Shown here piece by piece: positions 35,715 through 45,669 of a stretch of DNA of 45,669 nucleotides. The translations under genes and the position numbers were made by a program. The notes under the pieces were generated by a model. The model had not been told where the DNA came from. It worked only from the letters and a program-made list of their open reading frames with translations, and did no database searches. The DNA is from Choristocarpus tenellus KU-1152 (lineage: Eukaryota; Protista; Phaeophyceae): contig CAXNAD020000022.1 in the NCBI GenBank assembly GCA_964200185.2, forward strand, positions 1-45,669, in the 5' to 3' direction. Every line of letters begins with the position of its first letter. The first letter of the stretch is position 1.

Positions 35715-38700
35715 CTGTACTAACATAGAAGAAGTGCACCAAGTATCCATGAAAAAAAGGAAATCAAAACACAAACACACACACACACACAGAGACAATA
35801 TTGAATCAAAAAGGTACGTCAAGAATTCAGAGGGAAAGAGCAGTAGAGAAAGCAAGGGAAGAAGATAAGTAGGTTAGCCATGCTTGAAAAGAAATTAAAT
35901 CCTGGGGGTATCTGGAGGTTAATCAAGGTGCAAAAATGCACCAATAGTTTTCGGGTGTGGTAGGAAACCTACATCTAACCTGATCTACATCAAATATTCA
36001 AAACAACTATTTTGGATGGAGTAGAAGAACAAACTAAGAAGAAGAGACAAAACACTGAAGAATTGTTTCACAACTCTGAACCCAAACCATCACCCTGTTC
36101 AATCTTTCTCCTTGGTCTACATCCTGTCCATAACCCTAACCCAATATACCTGAACACGTACCAACATTCTCTAAATTTTTTCTGGACCCCCCCAACATGC
36201 AATGACGGGAGGAATTCTGTTGGGATCCTTGACTATCTGCTCACAAGGTTTTACCTTTACTTGACTTATGCTCTCCTATCTACATCAAATTGCAAATATC
36301 AGAATGTATTGGTGAAACCAGCTTTGCTTGAACAACACACCACACTGATCAGAAAGAACATTTTCTAGTGCACAATATTGTTCTAAATAAGAAAAAAAAA
36401 TCCTTGGTGTAGCCTCATACATCCAGGCAGAAACACATCTATTTGCTTGCCAATGCTTGAAGAATCTCTTGAATCTGAAATTGGCAATCAATTTGCGCAG
36501 GTTCCAACAAACATGTGAGGGTATTCCTAGCGGATATTGAAGAAGATTCCCTCTGTAAGACTCGCGTTTGCCCAGCAAAAATACACCCATTGCCTGCCAC
36601 CTTTGCCAACGTTTTTGTGTCCTACCTATAACCCACATCTCATCCTATCCCATCCCTACACTAACATCCAACCCCTAGTATTCCCTACCAACAACTAATG
36701 CTCACCTGCCAGGGTATCCGTGGGCTTGCCATTGGCTGTTGGTGCTTTAGATACCTGGTCGTTCCTTCTGACTGAACCAGCACCAGCTGCATCATGACCA
36801 TTGCGATCAGGACCGACATCAGATCCCACATCCAAGCTGATTAAATGCCCCAGAATAAGGGCACCCTGTGAGAGGCATAATGTAACGGGAGAGTGCACAA
36901 GAAGTTGAATATCTTGAAATAGTTTCATGTTTTGATACATTTCCCAAAAACTAACCCTAACCCTAACCCAGAGAGGAGAAATGAAAAAAAAAATCATCTC
37001 AAAATTTAAAAAAAGGGCATTAGTACATATTGCCAGATGAGAAGAGGTCAAAATCTGCAACTACTACCATACCTCCCCCCTTCCCTTCTCTGTACACATT
37101 TGAGGAGATAAAAAACGAAACAAAGCAGTGTTCTCGTCAAAATTGTTCTGTTGCAGAAAGACAAACAAGTCACATACCTCTCCATCTCGCAATTGAAGGT
37201 GTGACAACAACTCTACTTACCTAGCTCAGAAAAATTATTTTGGGGCTTCCTATAGTTGCAAGTCGACAGAAGGTGCAAAATATAGGCAAACGTTGCTCAT
37301 AAAAGTGAACCTGTGGAAGACTAAAAAGGTTCCCCTCCCCTTCACATAATAGGGAATAACTGTTCTCATTGTAATGTCAACGTAAGGTGAACAATAGCTG
37401 GAAACGTGATCCCGGAAAGGGCTGTCGAAGTAGAAATAGAAGTCAGCTACCAACAGAATGACCTATGTACCTAAGTTCATCGCGGCCACTGATACAGCCC
37501 CAGAAGGCATAAACACATTAGCCCGAAATTGTGCCAGCTATCGATCTTGACAAGAAAATCAGGAGTGGCCGCCAACAGAATACAGGAGGTTGGACATTTC
37601 AGTGAAAATGTGCAATGCGTAATGCTGACCACATAAGATACACCTATTACATTGCCGTGGTTTCTCTCACATGAAAAACCACTTCACCCCCTTTGTATTA
37701 TATGCCACCAACATGGTGGTGATTTATTGTGAGTGACCATCAACTGTCGAATGGAAACCATTTACAACAACTCATCAAGTATCTCAATACATTGCAGCTG
37801 ATCGCAACCCCTCATTTGATGAAAAAGTATCTCAATAGAAATTCTCATTTGATGAAATTCGCCGAGAGGAAGTTGTGGGAAGGTGGTGATTGGATTCCCT
37901 GTTGAAAAAACGGGCCTGCTAGGAGCTTTCAAAGGCTGCAATCTGCCAAGTACACCTGCAGTGCAGAGTAGGACAAAATGAATGTGACTATTGTGTCCCT
38001 GCTCCTCCCTACTATGTCCCGGCCAACCAAAAGACTGCTCAATCTACAGAATTTTTTTGTAGTTCACTTACGCATACGTCTGGGGTTTACATTGGCATAG
38101 AGAGTGTAAATACCGTTAAAAACCATATCACAATGTCATGATTTACAAACGTACTTTGTTCTAGAACTGTTGTTGTCAGATACCAACCATAGGAGTATGT
38201 TGCATTTTATTAACATCGTTAGGAGTGCAAAAGAATGAAGAATGAACTGACCACTTCTGGATTATTTGCGCCTAGAATTTACACATCATTTTCTTGTTAG
38301 AATTTACACATCATTTTCTTGTTAGCCTGAAAAAATTGGAAGTGCACCTCCTTGTCCTATATATATATATATATATATAACCATCACTCAAACCATGATG
38401 TTAAATATCGAGGTCAATACAATTCTGAAGGTACCTCTTCCATTCTAGTCAGTCCGTGCACTGTTCCCGTTAGGGTTGAGGATAGGAAGGGAATTGAAAG
38501 CTAAAGTTTGTACTCACACAGCAACAATTACTAAAAGGAATTCCTGTGTCGGGGTTGGGAGTGCAGGGGCGGGAGAGGGATAAAAACCCTTAGTTTAATA
38601 GTAATGTACAAGATGTTGCAGTTGCACTTAAAAAAAGAAGAAAGAAATTTCGGTCAATGTATTACTGTGTATGTACATGGAGGTTGACTTTTTGCACCCA

Positions 38701-39788
38701 CCTTTTCTGTCTCCAGCACGCGGTAGGAGATATCACCCCGAATCTTGCCTCCAGATCCAATATGAGCCAGATGGTGCGCGACTAGATTTGCATTCATCTC
38801 TCCATGGACAACTGCGCTGCCACAATCCACAGCACCGATTACAGTGCCACCTGTTATTCTCCAGTGCAAGCCCACAAAACGCAGGAGTTGTAAGAGAATT
38901 GTGTATTTGTAGGGTTGGGGCTACGGGATCATCCTCCAAAATACAAAAGCGAAGATATTGAATTAATTCATTCATGTTACAGTGTGATTGGGTAGTAAAA
39001 CACACTTCGTTGTAGATATTATATTGTTACTGATGTGGTACAACTATCTGTAGGGAGGCGGTGTATTTGTCTTATTGTTTCTGCTGGACATCATCGATAG
39101 CTGCACTACACTAATACGATATTAGTGCGGAGGTTGTCAGGAGGCATAGCCCAGCTGATAGAGGATCACAGCACAAACCTTGTTCTACTACGATCCGCGC
39201 CACGGATAAGATCCCTTTCAATTCGCCCCCAACCACCACTGTTGCGTTCTGGTCTTCCACGTTAACTGACATCGAACATCCCTTGCCCACACTTAGCACC
39301 CGATTTGTTTCGAGTTCCTGTCGCCTCTTGAGCCAGGCGGCTGGACTCGTAGCAAACTTTTTGATGGGTACGGAGTCGTTGCCAGATGTGACGGATGCAG
39401 CCGTAGTTGTAGAAAAAAAAGCAGAGGTGGTGGCAATAGAGGAATTGGAGCTGGTGACCTCAGATCGGAACCGTGTTGAAGTGAAAGTGGCCGTTGGGAC
39501 TGGTGCAAGAGTTGCGGTACGGGGTGCGTGGGCAGATTCTCGAGAAAAAGAATTCGAGGAGGTTGATCTTAGATATCCTGACAAGATTGGAGAGCTGTCA
39601 GAAGAACTATTCGTCTCATGTGGCCCCTGCTGAAGACCAATTCGGGGTCTATCCCACAACTCCTCGTCCGACTCAGACTCTAGTGGTCCACCAGGCAAGC
39701 GGCGACTGGTGGAGGAAGGGCCTCCATAGCGCGACTCCCTAGCGTCGATGTCAAAGTCTATGCACCGCTCGTACTGCTGGGTGGGCAT
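33958..39788 (-). CDS. Bactofilin-domain (polymer-forming cytoskeletal, DUF583) protein, 4 exons, about 891 aa, with long disordered N- and C-terminal regions
   Basis: Exons 39788-39179, 38850-38702, 36865-36706 and 35714-33958 join with GT-AG sites in phases 1, 0, 1 (2676 nt including stop). The spliced domain RVLSVGKGCSMSVNVEDQNATVVVGGELKGILSVARIVVEQG-GTVIGAVDCGSAVVHGEMNANLVAHHLAHIGSGGKIRGDISYRVLETEK-GALILGHLISL has the bactofilin beta-helix pattern. The frame stays open upstream to a CAG acceptor near 39899, so the start may lie in an earlier exon. Confidence 0.85.
36706..36865 (-). CDS. Bactofilin-domain gene exon C (last rung GALILGHL plus linker)
   Basis: CACAG acceptor, G|GTGAG donor, phase 0-1. 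Confidence 0.85.
38702..38850 (-). CDS. Bactofilin-domain gene exon B (core beta-helix)
   Basis: CAG acceptor, AAG|GTGGGT donor, phase 1-0; GTVIGAV..AVVHGEMNANL..IGSGGKIRGDISY. Confidence 0.9.
39179..39788 (-). CDS. Bactofilin-domain gene exon A (Ser/Thr-rich region plus first beta-helix rungs)
   Basis: ORF 39111-39788; CAAG|GTTTG donor in phase 1; CpG-rich. Confidence 0.85.
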
Positions 39789-41059
39789 GTGGGGAGGGGA
39801 AACATCACTGTTGCCCCAGGATGGCCTCTGCCTGGATCTGAGTTGAGGAACGGGGTGGAGCGAAACGTCAAATCGGGAAGGGCGAAAATGCGTTACTTCT
39901 GTTTATATGTAAATCGCTAACGACGATAACACGGTTCACCTCGGTCAGCATTGCCACTAACCTACAGGAGGACTAGTTGACAAGGGGAGAGAGTAGTACT
40001 AATTGCTAAATCGATAGGATGTGCCACACATTGTAACACATGTACAGCACCAGGAGCAAATCTTCAAAACCAGTACATCATCAAATTCGATGGATAACAC
40101 TCTACCTGGACTTGTTGCCACCCAATCCAGACCCGAAGATGTCAACGGCAGGTTGCTTTGTCTTGAGAGAGCTCCCCCTTCGCTTTATCATTTTGACTGC
40201 TGTAACTTCTTGATCATGCTTTGAGGGCAAGAGGTGAGCGGTATTGGGTTCATTATAGAAATCAAGTTGCATGTTGGGTAAGTATGCTCTTGGTGTCTTT
40301 GTACGACATCATCCCAAACAGAACAACTTCGGTTATGGAATGTAGAATACCTACGAAGCTCAACGATTTATTGGATAGTGTTTTCAAGATGCGTAAGGAC
40401 ACTCTGGACCATCTGTCAATTTGTGCTCATTCTTCTTCATCGAACGGTTCTCATATTCTTATTGAAGTAGAAATTGGTTGATCCAAAATATCAAAATATA
40501 ACAATATCTTCTACTTCCAACAAAAGATTTATAGTGGATAGGAAGTAGTGTCTTAGTGACAAAGAATTTCCGATCTCCATTGTGTCACTGTTGGGGACTG
40601 TTCAAAATTGACAAATTGTTAGATGATAAGTTCAATATGTTATGATGTCTTCAAGATATGGTAAGCTAGAAGTACAATGATGGTTTTAGTACAGTATTAT
40701 CATTACATGTCGATGATGATCGTTTTCATTACTAACTCAACTATTATTTTGGGACAATCTTTAGATAAAAAGTAACTTCAGTTTTTCCCTCACACATCTA
40801 CCATATCTGAGAGAACATTATTACTATAATAGGTTATATATCGGCAGTATCTTACACAGCAGTTTTGCCGCAAGATAACATTGTTCCAGTTTCCGATTTT
40901 TGTACAACAATAAACAATAAGGTCCAAGGTTGGATGTCGGTCTATCCGATACTTTGCACAAACCCTAGTGTCTATGCCAAAAGATAAATAGTAAGTTTAG
41001 AAGTATTGAATGAGAAAAACACAATCAAGGTTGGATTCCTCTAGAACTGGTGATATTGG

Positions 41060-41260
41060 AAACTACAAACAAGAAACGGAGGGGGGAGATGAGATAACTG
41101 GAGAAAAACTCCTGGTGGTGCCTCCAACAGGACCTTGATGAACGTCATCCAAAGTGGAAAGTCCGGTCTCCTTCAACAGAATATCAAAGGATCTCATAAT
41201 GGTGTGTAGAGGATGGAGCCAACCTCTTCATAAAAATCTGGCATACTAGGAAGGCCAAAG
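41060..41260 (+). pseudogene. Non-LTR retrotransposon (RTE-like LINE) C-terminal relic
   Basis: KKRRGG..EKNSWWCLQQDL..WCVEDGANLFIKIWH, with a stop, resembles post-RT tails of RTE-type LINEs as I remember them. Confidence 0.5.
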
Positions 41261-43162
41261 CAGTTGCATCACACCCAAGTGGCCATAATCATCAAACACA
41301 CGTGACAACCTGCTGACCTCTGGGTTGGATAAGAGGTCTGGCATATAGCATTAAGGATATCCTCCTCATTATTATAGAGTGTGGTGATGCATCAATGTGT
41401 GTGTTGCTGGTCGATGTATGGGACTTGATTTGTTTTTACAGCTGCGAGTGAGTGTACACCCCTCCTTGGATTAGTTGTGGAGGTTGATGCTGGAGACTAA
41501 ATATGTCAGCTTCGTTTTTTAGGAGGGACTTGGCTCCTGGGCCTTATCTATTTTTGTATCTATTTTTGTTCATTCTCTTTTCGTTATGCATTCTCCTGCG
41601 TTTTTCGTTAAGTACGTGGACGTTTTGTCATATTGTTGTATCCCTGCTCTCTCGTTTGCTTTCTGATCTAGAGTCAAAGCAGGAATCTTGCTGCGCAGGA
41701 GGAAAAAGAGGAAATTTTTCACCAACTCGGAGCATGGTGCTTCCGCTGCACCAGGGTGCGAGAGCGGGGGGTCTGTGGCCGTCTGCAAAAAATTTGGTAA
41801 TCGATCTAAAAACATTTATGCTGGGTCTAGGGTAAGTTCGACCTTGAAGAGGTCAACAGGAAATTATACATTGTAGTAGAACCACCTTAGACCAGGTCCC
41901 TGCCTGACAGCATCAAAAGAAACATCTTAAGTGAAGTATCCCCTCAAAAATGCTTTGAAAAGAGGTTAGAGTAACAGTGAAAGGAAAGGGAGGGGATTCC
42001 TGACGATGCTTGCAAATATCCACTTCTCAGAACATAGAGATAGCTACTACAAGTAGTATCTCCATTATATCTTCTCACCCTAGTCTAGGGACGATCCTGA
42101 CCTGTGTTCGAAGGCGCCACACATTGCACTACTTCTCATACCAACTACTGTAACAAAATGTTGCACTACCACTAATTGCACTGCCTCCTTTCGGACCTCA
42201 CACATCTTCCTTGTTGGGTTCGGAGTCATTCCACAACACATCGGTCCGTCTCTTCCTTCAAATGTTATACAGGATACTCCACTCTGCTTGATGTTGTTCC
42301 GCAGAGAAATCTTGCCACCTTGTTCTTGGTCCAGCGTTTAATATGACATTCACCGACAAATTGCGGTAGTGCAGGACCTGATGCTACAAAGGGACTTTGG
42401 ATCATCGAAACCAGATTCCCATTAAAAAGAGGTTTGGTGTGGATGGGGTTCGAACCTGCGGAATACATGGAGGTAACATATTTTAGAGTATTTGAGGTGT
42501 AAGGATTGGATTTGAAATTTTATATGTGGAAGTGTCAAAGGTGCCAAGTTTTGAAATAGAGGGATGACCATTGCAAGATATTTTGGAAATTTCATGATCC
42601 TTAGAATGTTGAAGTTTTTGTTCGTTGTTCCCAGTACCGATTTTGTCATTTTCACAGCTTAATAATGTCAACAACATGATCGAACAGATGTTTCAAAAGA
42701 TTTGAAAAAAAATGTAGCATTGGATATTCGCAAATTCAATACCAAAGTAAGCGACTGTCACCAGATACTTCCCTAAAAAACACGATTTTATTATTATATA
42801 CATCTTCCTCCACTATTTACTAGAAGTAAATTCAAGTATGACTGGAAGGTGAAAAATGAGGACATTTCAGAACTTATTGAGTGATATCTGTTCCTTTTCA
42901 TATTTTATTTGAGCGAAATTTCACTTTCTCGTAATTTTTTTTCTAGCACAGTTTTCCTCTCGAACTTCTCCACTACCTCCACCTTACCTACCTTCTTTAC
43001 CCTTAATACTTGAGATTAATATCGAATAACCTAGTGTTATCCTTACGTTATCTGTGCTGATCAACTATATATATAACATGGGTTACATGTACGTTTCTAA
43101 TTAGTTAGGTACGATCCCTTTACGAACGTGCATAAAAATATAATAAGTCAACATTCATTCAC

Positions 43163-45210
43163 ATGTCAGTGATGATTGATGGATGGCTGGCGGGAAATTA
43201 ATCATTCAGTGTATGTGTGACGGACAGGTCTTTTAGGAACTGATCTCAGTACAAGTACATATCCGCGCGCATACACAAGTGCATTGCGCGCACATTTCTT
43301 TGTCATTGGTGAGGTTCCCACCAACATCAAACACAGAGAACTCTTGAGAATTCTCAGACTTACTACCAGTGACGATCACCAAGATGTTACGCCATCTGGT
43401 GGATCCGGGATTCTCTTAAAACTTCTCCTAAGATTTGATGGCTGAGAGAGCTTTGGGTTTGCTGGGTAGCACCCCACCATGACACAATTGGCAATTCTGA
43501 ACACTCCCCACGACTGATTGAACCCTGCCTCACACAGTGGTACTCACGCCAACAGTCAAAAAGGGATGGATACACCATATGAAGAAGTAACCAAGGACAA
43601 GAAGAAACATGATAAACCAGACAAGGGTAAAACCAAAACCACTGGCCCGCCTGAGACAGCACCTGGTCCAAGCAAGGTACCTGGGCCCAATACCGATATT
43701 CCATCAACCAATTCGACTGATGGCGTCCTAGAAGGCTCGCTTGAGCAAGACGGGATGGCGGGGGAGCAACCCAGGGAACGCCCCCCCTGCAGTACGGTCA
43801 GCCCATCTATTAATCGATTTGCAGTACTGGGAGAAAGCTGTGAGCCCGAAGACCAACCTCCACTGACAAATCTGTGCGATGATTATATGGAGAGGATCCT
43901 GCTGGACTTAAGGGCGCTTTGGTGGTTTCAGCGCTTCAATCAAGCATCAGCAACGCTGAAGGCGAATATAAACCAGATCAGTACAGGTGCAACGCAGTCA
44001 ACCAATCGACCGTACATCCTTAACACCCTATTGGCTAAGGATTTAACGTCGATCAAATTCTTTGGATCAGACAAAGATGGTAGACAGTGTGGTCGCAGAT
44101 TCTGACTTAATTTCGGTTTTTTCCGAATATCGATCCCGGATTTGTTCATTGGCAATGGTAATAAAAGAAGCGGCACCAGCTTGTGAACACGACATCTATG
44201 AACAATCCCTAGATGACTTGTGCTTACAGAATTTCGTACACATGCATCTGTCGGGGAATTCCCTGGCACAACGCCACGCCAGAAGTTTTTTGCCACCCCC
44301 CGTTTTGCATCCTGGAACCAGTTGATAGAAGAGTTTACCCGCCAATTTGCATCGCAGTTTCCCTTGGATGACTATTTTCACACTGCCATCCACCTGCACA
44401 TGCCAGAGTGGGAAGCGCACGAGCGTTTGGCCGCAGAGTGGTGCAGACTGTAGATAATTTTGTCAGACTCATTCCTGTCAATGAGGAAGGCCAACCAGAG
44501 TTATCCGATTGCCTAGTCATGTGTGTATTCAACCTCGGAGCCCAACCCTCAATTGTGTGGGCCATTCGATCGTTGCCGACCCCGCCAAAAAAGTTTGGTG
44601 AACTTGTAGATGCAGCTGCTTTAGCGAATGCTTCCAGGTCGGGTCTTGAGTTTAGTGGCCGCTCATATCGCAACGTCACAGTTTCAACTTTAGACGCAGA
44701 AAGTTTACTTTCTTTACCTGTCACCGAACTGCGTTTTTTGGACTTGGAGCCACTACAGAAGTTGGCTAAAGAACTACAAGCAGAGAACAAGATGTGGTGT
44801 GTGAAGAAGCGAAGTAACATTACTCCTGCTCGCAACCAAGCACCCCCACAAGGGAAACACGAGGAAAAGCGCGTGTGCACTGATTCAAAACACAGTTTTG
44901 TGAACTTCCGTGCTGTGGTGCTAGATCTAGAAGGGGTCACAATACAGAGCATTGTTTTTTCAACCCGAATGGCGAGAATTATAAACCTGATTATCGTCCT
45001 CGTGCGTTTGACAACCTCAACCCCAAGGCCCCCAACGAAATGATGCAACAATTTGTTGCAGCCCTTACTGCTTCGTTGTCAACTCAAGGTTCGATGGAAG
45101 AATCGACTTCCCAAGATCAGACTAGTCAGGGTACTTTTGAGGGAGATGGGAAAGTCAACAAGCGTGTATAGGGGTGCCCAGTGTTCGTAGATAGTGCTGC
45201 TGATACACTA
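43163..45210 (+). mobile_element. Decayed LTR retrotransposon (Ty3/gypsy-like): candidate 5' LTR end and PBS, frameshifted gag, protease remnant
   Basis: ..TGTCA(43305) followed by TGGTGAGGTTCCCACC (PBS-like). Overlapping broken ORFs 43518-45043 include gag-capsid-like FASWNQLIEEFTRQF and a degenerate knuckle (RVCTDSKHSFVN). CPVFVDSAAD near 45175-45205 resembles the retropepsin D(S/T)G site. The LTR start is uncertain and no RT or integrase is seen. Confidence 0.7.
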
Positions 45211-45669
45211 TAGACACCATCGGTGGAGTAGATTAGGAAAGATAAACACCACCAGTGGAGTAATGGAGGAATGGAGGAATGGAGGAAAGGTAGTGACAGA
45301 TAAATGTTTCGGTGTATCTTAGTTGAAGTCTGCACAAATCAAAGATGATGCAGTGATTGTATTATTTTCGGATTATAATATTCTTTTCGGATTATCCTTG
45401 TGGACGTTGCAAACACCTCATGGCAATCAACACTGGTCTTACCCACGTTCTCAGTCAGCGGAATCGAGACCATAAAGACCCTTGTAACATTGACTTTGTT
45501 CATCTACATCAAGCTGTTCTGTCCTTCTTTAAAGCACCATAAAAAGCCGCGGGTCCAGTGTGGGATAGTTCAACACCCAGCAGAAGTAGTTTCCTCTTCT
45601 TATGTTGGGTCAAAGTCAGAGTTTATTGATAGGGCTTCTCATTTGACCCAAAATATCTGGGAGGGGGGG

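Noticed and set aside
38273-38325. 26-bp exact direct repeat (similar 16-bp one near 15110-15142)
   Set aside because: Ordinary slippage duplications in introns with no further structure.
42436-42465. tRNA-like GCAGGTTCGAACCCCATCCACACCA on the minus strand
   Set aside because: Only a B-box/T-loop motif; the T-stem is mispaired and no D or anticodon arm is evident. At most a SINE or tRNA fragment.
44335-45051. 238-aa minus-strand ORF
   Set aside because: Antisense to the gag-like plus-strand frames; no motifs of its own.

Overview
Eukaryotic nuclear DNA: AT-rich, spliceosomal introns mostly 0.3-5 kb, and many short interstitial TTAGGG tracts. It is not a prokaryotic window, and I see no CRISPR array, rRNA or intact tRNA. 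Two minus-strand genes can be rebuilt by hand with phase-consistent splice sites. (1) A roughly 28-kb origin recognition complex subunit 3 (ORC3)-like gene with at least 17 exons, starting at ATG 27834 and running off the window start. It has a GC-AG intron and large low-complexity insertions. (2) A 4-exon gene (39788-33958, about 891 aa) encoding a bactofilin (polymer-forming cytoskeletal, DUF583) beta-helix split by two introns and embedded in long disordered sequence. This is a mainly bacterial cytoskeletal family in an intron-bearing eukaryotic gene and is the most interesting item. The rest is repeat and transposon debris: MITE-like elements, a foldback palindrome, an IS630/Tc1/mariner-type transposase relic, LINE relics, a decayed LTR retrotransposon (gag and protease), and mini- and microsatellites. 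Paired repeat copies show position-dependent CpG decay. A stramenopile, possibly brown-algal-like, host is my inference only.
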